Position numbers and translations under genes: made by a program. Source: Eledone cirrhosa (taxonomy: Eukaryota). Taken from it: a stretch of 64,000 bases of DNA. Of the stretch, positions 27,201-41,859 are shown in pieces. Below the pieces are notes generated by a model. That model saw only the letters and a list, made by a program, of their open reading frames with translations. It had not been told where the DNA came from and made no database searches. Within the stretch, counting starts at the first letter, position 1, and every line of letters begins with the position of its first letter. The DNA is taken from contig OZ024740.1 in NCBI GenBank assembly GCA_964016885.1, forward strand, positions 126,914,001-126,978,000, given 5' to 3'.

Positions 27201-29518
27201 TATGATTAATCCACGTCCAAGAAATAACAGGTAAATTTCCCTTTGATCTCATCCCGCCGCCTATACAGTATAATGTGTGTTGTATACAATTCAGAAAAAC
27301 ATGACGGGATGCTCTTGATCGGATGCCTATATATACATACCTAATCAATTAGCAGTGAACAGTTGCTAAGCAACAACATTAGCAAGGAATTGATGAGAAG
27401 TATTCTACTGCTAAGAATTGCAGCCAACCTCTCCCAAATCACACTCAATCTACTCAAAATAATTAAAGAATACATCCGCTAATATATTACACTATACATT
27501 TTATTTAAAATGAAGTAAATGTTTGAATCAGCCATTTTACGAGCTACACGATAACAATACTCCCTATTTCTAATAATGTGTCGTACGCCTGTGTTGCGTA
27601 TTTTTTTTTATATATTGGAATTTTCAGGGGCAAATTATGAACGTGAGACTATTTGAAATAAGGAAATTATAAATATTTTGTTAGAAGCAATTTCATGGTT
27701 TATATTTCATAACATATAACAGTATAAGTTCTTATGCAATACATATGTCAGCAGATTATGTGATACTTTATTGGTAGTTGGTTGATTAGGATACCTTAAA
27801 TCATAAATATATTATCTATTATTTATGAAATATGTGAAACATCAATTACATTAATAATTAAAATTAAATATAAGACGATTTATGTTAGATACTAATATAT
27901 GTGCGTTTCGTTATGCAAATAATTGTGCCAGATGATATTATGTTAATACACAAACCACATATCAGCTATATAAATTATAAGTAGATGGCCGGCGTCATTA
28001 GAAATAAGATATGCTATACCTCATATTCACTTTAAATCATACAGGATTAATGACTTAATCACTAGCATATTTGTTAGTGACAAATAACGCTATAATTGCT
28101 TTACACCACTGTCGCAATGCAACAAAAAGATCAAAAAGCAACAAGTGAAAAATAAATCATAAATTAAATGAAACGAGAGTTGTCATCTACAGAAAACACA
28201 GAGAATGGAATTCATCACGATGAGCAAATAAAAACTTGTATTATATATTCTATATACGAAGAAGACCAAAGCTATGTTAAACCCACAGAAAAGTAACATG
28301 ATGACGGTTAATATTTAAAGAAAAATAATATCGTGAAACTGTCGATATAAGTAAGAAAAGTTAATAAACCATGGAAGATAATATAATTATTCGACCATGG
28401 GCAGTAAATATAAAGGACTGGAACTATTTGATCTAGTCCACCAATCCCCTTTTGTATAAAATCCACATAGTGGTGTATGGTTTAAAGATATAAAACAAAT
28501 AGGTGTAAGATAACGATATTAAATACAAATATGGTGAATGTTCATGAACATTCTAAATGATAAAACTTAATGCAACATACTCAATTAGATCGGAAGGAAA
28601 CATGTTCCGTAGCATGGTATCACTAGTAAGTATACTGAGAAATCATTGGTCATAATGATTGTTAGAAGTCTATTCTTTTCACACAGCCAGATTTCTAGTG
28701 ATAATAACATTTGTTTGTTGGATATGCTAGACAACACAGCAAAAATGCCATTTAACTAATTGTAATCACGTCACTCACAACCATTGTCCAGTCCAACCTC
28801 TCACTTACAGAAGTGCTAGATCTACACATTGTTTCCGCTCTGTGTTACCTTCACTCAGGCCATCAAAACCCAGTAACTTTGTTTCCTCACACAAGTTTTT
28901 CCTGCAGAAGTGAAGTTGGAAACACATATGGGCAAAGTTAACTATAAGAAAACCATTCCGCAATATAAAAACAACGCAAGTATCTTCGCAATGTAATTAG
29001 TATTTATATGTACTTGCAAGTCTAAAATATATGCATGTTGTAAAATATTTTATTTCGGGAGTAATACATTTAAAACCAGTGTTATATATATGTATATAAA
29101 ATAAATATTTTCTGTTAAATATGCATGCATGTAAACTATCATAAATGAGTTTGTCTTACATATAGATCGGATTCACAACAGGGCATGTGTTTTAAGCATT
29201 CTATATTAAAATACATTTCAGCTAAAAGAGAAGAACCAAAGAACCGTCGCAACATAATTGCAAAAATTGTTAGTTGAGAAAAAAAAAATTATAGGAAACG
29301 GACAAAAATATATTTACAATGATGGCCTGTTAAAATATTAAATGCGTAAGCAGCCATTTAACAATGTACAGAGGAGTCAAAATAAAAGCAAATATGAAAT
29401 AAAAATAGATTAAAAATAAAAGCAAAGAAGAATAAAATTTGACAGACACACAAAATGATGAATTGGAGATGTCAATGCGAAACTGTAAATCTGCATGTGC
29501 ATGATGCACATACGTACC

Positions 29519-29568
<50 letters not shown>

Positions 29569-29615
29569 CATACATACAAACACATGAGTGTATATATATA
29601 TTTATATATGTATAC

Positions 29616-30670
29616 CAGATAGAAAAATGCGTACAGCAAAAAAAGTAATATTGTTGGAATATAAACCTTTAAAAATACAGGACAAGAAACTAAAATAAAA
29701 CTTTAAAAGAATAGGACAAGAAACTAAGATAAAACTTTAAAGAATTGGACAAGAAATAAAAAATTTTACAATAATATTAGTGGCAAATTTTTATTGGTAA
29801 AAAATCGAGTTCCACATTCATAGGCTCTGGGTTCCACACTCAGAGGTCGTCGTCAGACCGGGGGGATCATTTGATCCTGGTTTGAACACCAATTGGGCCA
29901 TAACCATACCCCTATTTCATCATTCGGCGACACGCCTCATGTGTCATGCATAATGTGAATGGACCCATGGGCCCATGAGCACAGATCTTGAGCAGCAGCG
30001 GACGGTCTTGTCGTCCCGCTCATCCTTGATCTTGACCAACCCGTCCATCTTCTCCTTGCATCTTGTCTTTGAGTTCAAGTCTGGCAGTCCAGATGAATGC
30101 GTGCCACAGCTTTCTGGTACAGGAGGGGGGAGCAGGAGGACTGGAGGGATGACGGGACAGAGGGAAGGAGGACCGGTGGTTGAGGGAGGTGCCGTAGTTG
30201 GTTGTCAGAGTCGACATCTTGTCCCGGTCGTCTTCTCCATCTTCGCCTGGTGTTGCCGAACCAGAAGTGCATTCTTGGAGGAGACCTGCAGCTGCATCGG
30301 CCAATTCTTCTTGCAATGGTCATTCTGACAGAGCAGAACTGCTCAGCCAACCAACCCCAACCAGAACCAACCACTCAGGGGCAACGCACAATGAGAGTAT
30401 GACAATTATTATGCACTAATCAAGAAGATACTGGGGCATAGCACAGGAAACGAATAAAATAAGTTTGCGACTAATATTATTGTAAAATCTTTTATTTCTT
30501 GTCCAATTCTTTAAAGTTTTATCTTAGTTTCTTGTCCTATTCTTTTAAAGTTTTATCTTAGTTTCTTGTCCTATTCTTTTAAAGTTTTATTTTAATTTCT
30601 TGTCCTGTATTTTTAAAGATTTATATTCCAACAATATTACTTTTTTTTGCTGTACGCATTTTTCTATCTG
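29616..30670. repeat. Inverted repeat (~180/215-bp arms with 33-34-bp subrepeats) around a GC-rich core
   Basis: cagatagaaaaatgcgtacagc at 29616 vs gctgtacgcatttttctatctg ending 30670. The ggacaagaaa unit occurs 3x on the left and 4x on the right. No TSD seen. Confidence 0.9.
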
Positions 30671-30844
30671 CTCTACTATTTTTTAAGGCAATGCAAGCAA
30701 CAACTATCTAATAATTAAATGATCATAGTGAATTACTGACAAGTGATTGACATTTTAAAGTTTTTTTGAGTATAATTGCAATCTAGTTGAGGCAACTGGC
30801 TTAATGACAAAGCTAGTAAATCATGAATGCATTTGAGATGATTA

Positions 30845-31306
30845 GTGCATAATAGTGAATTGGTGAAACTTGTGCATTTCAATGGTGTTACAACAATAGA
30901 TGTAAGTTATATAGTAGTAATACTTTATCATTTTAACTTTTTAGAATGGACAAAAAACCCATGCAAAGAAATGACTTTGACTGCAGTGATTCTCTCCAAT
31001 TTACTTACAAAGCAAAACGTGGTCAAATACCTTAATATCTCTGATAAAATGCCCATTGAATCACTGAAAATCGGATGCATGGAATTCCTCATAAAATGCA
31101 CCTATGAATCGGAAGCCATCACATATATCAATGGATATAGGGAGTTGTTCACACTGGAAGACCATCACTTCATTTGTGACTTCATCAGTTATCTCCACGA
31201 TTATCTCAGACACCCAATGCCATTGATGAGAGGTGATCCAATGTGTGAGCATGTAACTAATCTTATAGAAGTTGTTATCGACCACCTGGCTTTTAGTGAC
31301 ATTTGA
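30845..31306 (+). other. Open frame of 153 codons, unknown product
   Basis: Non-repetitive, protein-like composition in AT-rich DNA, convergent with the SGNH remnant. No family recognised. Confidence 0.3.
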
Positions 31307-31486
31307 CTGATTTGAATGATAATGATGTATTTTTAAAAAGTATGTGTACATTCTTGTTACTATTTTAAGGCAATGCAAGCAATAAATATTTAATAAAATT
31401 TAAATTTAAAAATGACCATTGTGCATTACTAGTATGATGACATTTTATTAAGTCACAAAATTAGTCAGTCAGCCATAGAACAAGGA

Positions 31487-32190
31487 TCATGTGTCAAAAA
31501 CATTGGCAAAAATTTGTGTCAATTTAAGATTTTCAACATTGTTCAAATGAATCATATCTGGTTTGAAGTCAGATCTGTCAAATTTTGACCAATTTTCAAT
31601 GTTGTGAAGATTGGGCAAGTTCAATTTTTGAATCATTTCTTTCATGCAGTAATTAAACTTTTCCAAACGAGAATTTCTCTTGCCCAAGTTATTTTTATTT
31701 TCAATTACACTTTGTGGACGTGGAATGACACCACTGTAGAAAATGGGTGTACAGTGGTGCCTTTCCGCTATTTTCTGTAGCCTTGCAAAGAGACTCTTCC
31801 CCTGTTTTTCCGGTTTTGTGCCTCGAATGGGCACTTTGTCGTTAATTTACAAATAAATGATTAATAAAAAATACTTGTGCACAAATTATTGTATTACTTT
31901 GCACAGCTTTGTAGTGCCAACGGTGCGACGAGGATTCAGATCATTAGAGCCGACATGAACCACCAATACTTTCACAAAAGGACAACAGATAACAATGTTG
32001 GCGATTAACATTACCTAGCCCTGACGGGCCCCAGGTATACAAAATATCTAAGTATTTTTGTTGGTATGATAAGTAAATACATTTGAATTAATATTGTTAT
32101 ACCTTCTGGTCATTCGATTTCACCACATTTCTAATTATGGATTTGTAAAAACTGGCATAATGTGAATTTGATCAGTCCAATTGCCCGATT
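31487..32190 (-). pseudogene. Intron-containing SGNH/GDSL hydrolase remnant
   Basis: Block II IFCIPGAR, block III VLVVHVGSNDL (~31938-31970), YSGVIPR, block V FKPDMIHLN. 55-nt GT-AG intron at 32048-32102 and a second donor at 31897. One in-frame TAG. Confidence 0.75.
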
Positions 32191-32329
32191 TTAGTGAAAA
32201 GTTTTGATTCGAAATGGAAATACTCCATTTCCGTGCCATGGAAAAAATGAATAAGTCGATCAAAAAGCCGCGAAACATCATTTTTAATTAAGCGAAATTA
32301 GTGGATGCAAATCTCAGAAAACATTGTAC

Positions 32330-32610
32330 ACCATTCGCACCTATCGCACTATTCGCACCTATCGGTACAAAAAATCGCACTACGGTTAATAATACTAGAA
32401 GTGCAAATTATCTGTTGAATACCTGTTTGAATGAAGTGAAATTTTGGTCTGGTTGTTGTCATCGGTGTTTCGCAGAGATGCCGGCACGAACAAAGGTGTC
32501 AGTGACACAAAGTTGTCCGCTTGAACAAAGGTGTCGGTCCGACAAAGGTGTCAGTCAGACAGACAGTCAGATAGTGTCACAGTCGGTGCGACAAAGCGAT
32601 CGATGCGATT
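32330..32610. repeat. Short subrepeat arrays (ttcgcacctatcg; acaaaggtgtc)
   Basis: acaaag(g/t)tgtc occurs 4x at 32490-32555. attcgcacctatcg occurs 2x at 32333-32365. Confidence 0.65.
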
Positions 32611-33476
32611 AAAAAAAATTTAACTCACATGTTTACCTATATTTTCGTAAACTATTGATAGATTGGTACAAAAAATAGCTTTGATAGTAAACATAAATTT
32701 TTAACGAAGTATTTAAAAAGCATTTTAGCAGTGGAAAGTGAAGTAATGTTTCACACTGACGCAAGTAGGACCGTTCAGAAATGACGTAGTCAATTAGGAG
32801 GAGGGGATTCGACGATTTGACTACATTTGACTAACGTAATCACAATCACAAGAGTTCCGCCGAAAAAAATTCGTCATTTCTGGATTACCTCCCGTAGCGT
32901 CACGCTTACTACTCACTCACTTGAATACAAGATTTATCAGCAAACTTTGATTATAAACTTTTTTCCGCTGGACCAAATTTCTAGATTGTTAAGCCAAAAG
33001 ATGCGTAAGGATCTACTGTTCATGCTCATATAAGTTTTATCTCAGTTAAATAAAGTAGAGCCGCGCTGTACTGTCGTAAACAGACGATTTCCAACGAAAA
33101 CACGAGCACAACAATATTACTAAACGGACTACTGTCCGTTTAGGATTTGTGTGCGTGTTTCTGTTTGCGTGAGTGGGTGGGTGCCCGGGTGTTTGAATAT
33201 GTATATGCTTTTACACATGTACGTGCACCAATACACACACTCACACACACATATATATATGTGTGTGTGTATTATGTTTACACGCACACACACTCACACA
33301 CATACTCGTATATAAAAATATGCATTTAATAGAATAGTTTCTTCTTATGGAACGGTTGAAGAATACAGTAACAATAAGGTATTTAATATTGGGTACACAA
33401 TTATATTTTTTCAAACAGGAATGACTTCTACATGAAGCGTACATCATTCATTCAAATCACTTATATTTGAAATTTG

Positions 33477-33479
<3 letters not shown>

Positions 33480-33571
<92 letters not shown>

Positions 33572-33607
33572 ACTCTCTCTCTCCCTCTCTCTCTCGCTCT
33601 CTCTCTC
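33480..33607. repeat. (CT)n microsatellite
   Basis: Direct reading. Confidence 0.95.
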
Positions 33608-34035
33608 TTTTTAGACACACACACACATATTTATATATATATGTATATATATATATTGAAAGGATAACAAGGACGATTGGTTACTCCTTCATTATATTTA
33701 TTGGCGGCGAAACGCGCGTCACCTATCAATAAATGTAATGAAGGAGTAACCAATCGTCCTTGTTATACTTTCAATATATTACATTCTGTATAGCTCTACA
33801 CCTCAACACAGAAGTCTTTAGGTTCACTTCTGTGTTGAGGTGTAGAGCTATACAGAATGTAATATATTGAAAGGATAACAAGGACGATTGGTTACTCCTT
33901 CATTACATTTATTGATAGGTGACGCGCGTTTCGCCACCAATAAATATAATGAAGGAGTAACCAATCGTCCTTGTTATCCTTTCAATATATATATATACAT
34001 ATATATATAAATATGTGTGTGTGTGTCTAAAAAGA
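33605..34035. repeat. Nested palindrome (a hairpin within each arm) carrying an HHR 3' half
   Basis: Centre at ~33820 (cagaagt ctttaggttc acttctg). Each arm is itself a ~125-bp hairpin around ggc-GAAA-cgcgcg-TC-acc. Confidence 0.9.
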
Positions 34036-34658
<623 letters not shown>

Positions 34659-34691
34659 ATAAGATCAAAAGATGGTTAAAGGAGTTCAATA

Positions 34692-34762
34692 TATTTTATT
34701 ATGCGCATTTCAAAAACAAACATCATCAAACAATAATATTTGTGTTTTCATCAGATAAAACA
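34692..34762 (-). ncRNA. Minimal type I hammerhead ribozyme
   Basis: Reverse complement of 35565-35635. Confidence 0.8.
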
Positions 34763-35564
34763 GGAGAACATGATATGAAGGCTAAAAAAAACACTTGTTG
34801 ATAGTGCAGTTTTAAATCAACATATGAAAAGTGGTTTTAGATTGATGTGTGATATTGGGAAAAATATTTTATTTAGAGAGGGGGGGAGAGAAAAGGATGA
34901 AAAGGGAAGGAGATGAGAGGGAGAGATGGGTGATAGAGAGAAAGAGATAGTTTTTATAACAGAGAGGAGATATATTTTATATAGAGGGGTTGAAAACCGT
35001 TGGAAGATACTGTATAAATTAAAAATTTTGAAAATTAACGAAGGGAGGATATGTGCGAGGAAAAAATATATTATATTTAGGGAGGGGTGGGGGTGGAAAG
35101 GATGAAAAAAAGGGGAGGAGATGAGAGTGAAGGTGGAAAGGGAGAGATGGGTGATAGAGAGAAAGAGATAGTTTTTATAACTGAGAAAAAGATATAATGT
35201 TTTAATATAGAGAGGTTGGGAACCGTTGGAAGATAATGTATAAATTAAAGGAATTTGAAAATTAACGAAGGGAAATTATGTATGGAGATAGAGAGAAAAA
35301 AATAACGAAGGGAGATTATGTATGGAGATAGAGAGAAAAAAATAATAATTGTGGGTGAATATTCAAAAGGAGAAATGTAGGAATCTTAAAATTAGCAAAG
35401 AGAAAATGTTTATGTATAGGATTTGAGAAAAATAATGTGAAGTTAAAGTTTTTATATTGAATTCATATGTATTAATAATGAGTTCGTTGATGGGGAGAAA
35501 AAACTGTTGATTTAAAACTGCACTATCAACAAGTGTTTTTTTTAGCCTTCATATCATGTTCTCC

Positions 35565-35635
35565 TGTTTTATCTGATGAAAACACAAATATTATTGTTTG
35601 ATGATGTTTGTTTTTGAAATGCGCATAATAAAATA
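35565..35635 (+). ncRNA. Minimal type I hammerhead ribozyme
   Basis: tgttttat-CTGATGA-long AU-rich stem II-GAAA-tgcgca-TA-ataaaata. Confidence 0.8.
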
Positions 35636-35760
35636 TATTGAACTCCTTTAACCATCTTTTGATCTTATATTATGCATACTCCAGTCCCACAAACTGTAGA
35701 GTGCTTCTTATCCGATATCTGCATTGCTTTATTGTACTACAATAAAACTCACCTCCTACA

Positions 35761-36579
<819 letters not shown>

Positions 36580-36583
<4 letters not shown>

Positions 36584-39500
36584 TATTTACGTATCGAGAG
36601 AGAGACAAAAAAGGGGAAGATAGGTGATACATATAGTTATTTGCCAAGTAGCGTATGCCAAAGGTGCTCGATACTAGTGCCAGTAGTATTAAATATTCGA
36701 AGTGTTAATATTTAGTGTGTTAGAGAATTAGCAGAGCGTAAGCACGTGGGAAAGTAAGAAATCAGGGAATAGACCGTTAAAACATGTTTATTTAAAACAA
36801 CACCTACGTACGTTTCGCCCAGTTGGGCTTCTCAAGGGCATAAATAATCAAAAGTGTTCCTTACATTGCTCGGAAAGAGTTTTTGGGGTTAAATCCACGT
36901 CAAGGTTCATTGCTCGCAAAAATAGCTTGTTTTGATTTTGCAGCAGGTCAAAGGAGGTAACTCTGGCTGGTGTTAGGGCAGGCCTTTCCCGGACAATTAT
37001 TTTTTTGTTTTCATCCGCTACGAGATGAGGTTACAAACTTACCATTAGTCGATACGCATGTAATCAACGCTTATTTTGAGAGTTTTTTTTTGCTGCATCT
37101 GTTTGTCTGAGTCGTTTGAGGCTGGGGCTGGTATGCAAGGATAGTTTCCTGGGTGTTCCTTTGCAGCGCCTGCCCGCCGGGGTGTTAAGACTTGTTGCAG
37201 GGAGATCCGGTGCACGGTTTCACTCCTCATCCTTAACCCATCTGAAGAAGGATATTTTTAAGCGATGTGTACAACTTATCGCTGTTTCAGCTATGCTGTT
37301 GATGAGCCGGTGGGGTGCAGTTATGATGTGGTAGAGCTCCATGAGGCAAAGATCGCATTTTCTCTTGAAGTTGTACGGTGCAGCCCTGCCGACAATATCC
37401 CAGTGCGTGGAGAAGCTGATGTTTAAGTCCTTTAGTGATGTGATGTAATCCGCGAGCGAAGCGGAGTGTCTTAGTTTTTTATTTGTGAAAGAGTGGAGAT
37501 GTGTTCGAAACCTAATTTTGAACAGGCCGGAGGTAGCCCCTATATAATGTTTAACGCTATTGTGGCTAGTTATAGTGCATCTATATATAACCCTATCAGT
37601 CAAGCAGTATCCTCTAAGGGGGCAGCGTCCTCTGTCGCGGCAGTTGCAATTTCTGTCGCGGTTCCGTCTATTTCCCGCGGTAAAGCCATCATTGTTGCTG
37701 CCTACGTTGTTACCCACGCGACCGCAACTGTCGTTAGCACCATTACAACCCACAGCACGCGGGGTGGTGCGATTGTTATTCCGTACGTCATGTCCTGCAT
37801 GTTCGCCAGTCATTTCGCGGTTATGCTGGTAGCGTCTGCTATATACTTACTCGCGTCCATCTCGTACAGCTTCTTGGTTTTGTCGGAGGTGACGAAGAGT
37901 ACTACTGGAGCTTAATAGAAAAGCTAAGGTCTGCCTCTGGGGCAACACCGACCAGGTCATAAATTGGTTCACGGAGTTGCCGGATAAAGCCACCCTGAAG
38001 TTCATCCAGTTTGACATAGATAGTTACTGCGCCTCTATCTCCCCTATACTCTTAAATAAGGCACTTATCTTAGCTAAATCTAACACTAGCCTCATTAAAA
38101 AAGAAATTGACATAGTTCTAGCGGCGCGTAGAACCCTTATCCAGTTCGAAGGCTCCCACTGGACCAGAACCAACCGTCCTGATAACTTCGATGTCACGAT
38201 GGGGTCCAGTGACTCAGCGCAAGCAACTGACCTGGTAGGGATATACCTCCTACATAAGCTTAGGGAAGAGATACCGGCCCTACAAGGAGGTGTATATAGG
38301 GACGACGCCCTGTTTACCGTTAGGAACCAAAGCCCCCGTAGGATAGAGAACCTTAACAAACATATACACAGGTTCTTCAATTCATACGGCCTATCCGTAA
38401 CTATGGACCTCAACCACAAGGTTGTCAACTTCCTGGACGTGACACTGGAGATGAGTACGGGCTTATACAAGCCATACCATAAGCCTGGAGAGTGCCTCTC
38501 TTATATTAATTATGCCTCCAACCACCCAAAACACACCCTCATCTCCATAGTCTATAGTATCTCACATAGAATCTCCAGACTATCCGCCAATGTGGATATC
38601 TTCAACCAAGCGGCAGATTACTACAATAGGGCCTTGATACGCGCCGGCTTTAACCGAGGAATTTCCTACATCCCTAACGCTTGCTCTAGAAATCACCCCA
38701 CTCATAAAACGAACGTTATAGTAAGCCATACCTATAACCGATCACGCGGCGACCTCGTTGAAGTCGTATATAATAGAATAGATAACCGCACTAAAGATCA
38801 CGACCCCAGCGACGGTGACCACTGTAGATCACTCGAACTATTCCCCTATTACAAAACCAACAAAGGCGACGGCCTACTACCAACGCCTTCCAACCAACAT
38901 CTTCCTGTACATAAACATGGAAGAGGTAGGAAGAGTGCACCCGAGCATAAAGTGAAAGGGGCACCGAACGGGTGACTGCGCACTAACACACATAAGAGCG
39001 GTCACCTAAATGGAACCACCCGTAGCAAACGTACAAGGACACGTATTCGCCACGGTAACGGTCTATGGTTCCACCCCCTACTCTCGGAGTGTGGCCTCAA
39101 CATACCCCGGATGTTCTTCGAAGCCTTAGAGAAGAACTTCCCGCCCAACCAAAGGTATGGAAAAATTCTTAATAGGAACAATATAAAAATATCCTTCTCT
39201 ACTACTCCTAACCTAGCAGACATCATAGGAACAACGTACCACAGTAAGATCAGCAAGACACAGCACCTCGACTCAGACGCACCTACACCTGACAATAACG
39301 ATATCGGCCTTAACAACTCCCTGGCAGCATCCAATAGTGTTGGCAACAGCATCCGCTGACGCTCTCAGCATAACCGCGAAATTAATGGCGAACATGCAGC
39401 ACATGACGTGCGGATTAACAATCGCACCATCCCGCGTGTTGTGGGTTGTAATGGTGCTAACGACAGCTGCGGTCGCGTGGGTAACAACGTAGGAAGCAAC

Positions 39501-40021
39501 AATGATGGCCTTACCGTGGGAAATAGACGGAACCGCGACAGAAATTGCAACTGCCGCGACAGAGGACGCTGCCCCCTTAGCGGATACTGCTTGACTGATA
39601 GGGTTATATATAGATGCACTATAACTAGCCACAATAGCTTTAAACATTATATAGGGGCTACCTCCGGCCCGTTCAAAATTAGGTTTCGAACACATCTCCA
39701 CTCTTTCACAAATAAAAAACTAAGACACTCCACTTCGCTCGCGGACTACATCACATCACTAAAGTACTTAAACATCAGCTTCTCCACGCATTGGGATATT
39801 GTCGGCAGGACTGCACGGTACAACTTCAAGAGGAAATGCGATCTTTGCCTCATGGAGCTCTACCAGATCATAACTGCACCCCACGAGCTCATTCCGAGCA
39901 ATGTAAGGAACACTTTTGATTATTTATGCCCTTGAGAAGCCCAACTGAGCGAAACGTACGTAGGTACTGTTTTAAATAAACATGTTTTAACGGTCTAATG
40001 TCCGATTTCTTACTTTCCCAC

Positions 40022-40022
<1 letters not shown>
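36580..40022 (+). mobile_element. Penelope-like element (YRDD-type RT) with inverted GIY-YIG + pLTR copy, TA-flanked
   Basis: RT 37977..38975: FIQFDIDSYCASI, VTMGSSDSAQATDLVG, VYRDDAL, FLDVTL, YKPYHKP. EN CNCRDRGRCPL.GYCL..RVIY...YIGAT..FKIRF at 39408..39935 (+) and 37220..37813 (-). Confidence 0.93.
36800..36841 (-). ncRNA. Minimal hammerhead with U3-A8 core variant
   Basis: Minus strand: atgccc-TTGAGAA-gccc aact gggc-GAAA-cgtacg-TA-ggtgt. Plus copy at 39926-39967. Confidence 0.6.
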
Positions 40023-40085
<63 letters not shown>

Positions 40086-40316
40086 ACTTAGAGTTTACAC
40101 TCAATGAGGTCATTTACAATTATTTCAGCTCTAAGAATCGCTTGTCAGTATTGATTTATTATTTTTTAGATGGTACAGGCAAACTATATGTATTTGAATT
40201 AAGAAATTTCATTCTAACTATCTTATTAGTCAATTGCAACTAAAACATGTAAATGTTTATCATATATTAATTTATATATATATATATATATATACACAAA
40301 CATACATTTATATCGG

Positions 40317-40352
<36 letters not shown>

Positions 40353-40555
40353 CGTGCGTAGGGGGAGAAAGGGTAAATTAACCACAAGAAAGATGGCTCT
40401 ATACACAAACAGAGCTAATATCTATTTAATTCGTAGACACGTTAATCCAAAGGTTTTATGAGCTAACAACCCTAAACACGTGCAAGCTATGTTTGGTAGA
40501 TGGATCACCCTGCGAATTTGCAATAAATGGCTGAATGTGATTTAGCAATGATCTC

Positions 40556-41385
40556 ATGGGAAAGTATCAGAGAAAAAGAGTAACATCATGAAAGACCTGA
40601 AATAACGAATACGAAATGAAGTTTTCTTCTGGAAAAATACCTGGGAAGAAAGAAAGATAAATAAATTTAGTCGGCGTACCAAGAAGACGTTTAGGCAAGA
40701 GTCACATTGAATGGAAGGAATGTAGTGCAACATAAATATTGGAAATTATAAGGAATGACGAAAATATATCGGTGGTATGTGTGCTATCAGATAATATATG
40801 TTAATCACACTTTCAGTTATCAGAAGTGCATATAGTAAACGGGAAAACGCACCCCACAAATACCACACAGGATCAAAGAATCTCATACACTATTAGGAAA
40901 CATGTTCACCAATACATTCTTTCAGGTTATAATTCATCCACTATATGCACTTCTGCTAACTGAAAGTGTGATTAACATATATTATCTGATAGCACACATA
41001 CCACCGATATATTTTCGTCATTCCTTATAATTTTCAATATTTATGTCGCACTACATTCCTTCCATTCAATGTGACTCTTGCCTAAACGTCTTCTTGGTAC
41101 GCCTACTAAATTTATTTATTTTTCTTTCTTCCCAGGTAATTTTCCAAAAGAAAACTTCATTTCATATTCGTTATTTCAGGTCTTTCATGATGTTTCTCTT
41201 TTTCTCTCATACTTTCCCTTGAGAAAATATATCGGTGGTATGTGTGCTATCAGATAATATATGTTAATCACACTTTCAGTTAGCAGAAGTGCATATAGTG
41301 AAAGAATGTGTTGTTGAACGTGTTTCCTAATAGTGTATGATATTCTGTGATCCTGTGTGGTATTTCTGGGGTGCGTTTTCACGTT
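40556..41385. repeat. Complex inverted/direct repeat (probable pLTR of the adjacent PLE remnant)
   Basis: 40556-40836 inverts to 40940-41220. 41222-41300 repeats 40760-40836. 41300-41380 inverts 40842-40922. Confidence 0.8.
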
Positions 41386-41499
41386 AATCTGTGTCGGCGG
41401 TATGTCTGGACGATAGTGTTTCCCGGAAGAAAGTAAATATATTTTGAAATGTAAGCTCTTTCCAAAAATCTCATTTTTGAATCGACTTTATGTTTAGTT

Positions 41500-41810
41500 T
41501 ACTTGTGATCCCGGATATTTGTATTTTTGTTGCAGTTACGGCGTAAAAACATCTTTGATCTGTTGAAATATCAATTTGGATTGTCCATTATTTTCCATTA
41601 TTCTATAGGACTTATACCCATATTCTTTAATTGCATAAAGGTTTCATCAGACTAGTCGATGATTTAATTGACAAGTGTCTAAATATCGAATCATGCGAGT
41701 ACAATCTCTTGTTAAACTTATTTTTAAAGGAACCCACATATATTAATTTTCTTCCACATTCCTTGGAGTATGTTCGCATTTATATTAAAACATTGTTATA
41801 TATATGGAAT
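41500..41810 (-). mobile_element. Decayed PLE GIY-YIG fragment
   Basis: Minus reading YKCE...IYVGSFKNKFNKRLYSHDSIFRHLSIKSSTSL. Confidence 0.65.
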
Positions 41811-41859
41811 ACTCGATTGGACGATAGACGAAATCCGAGCTGTTGATGTTAGGGCTCGA

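Noticed and set aside
27405-27450. Short motif also seen at ~50465-50500 (gtgatttg..ttggctgc), perhaps an old SINE
   Set aside because: Match too short and diverged to define boundaries.
29681-30605. 33-34-bp periodic repeats resembling a CRISPR array
   Set aside because: Units are near-identical tandem copies with no unique spacers, no cas genes, and eukaryotic context.
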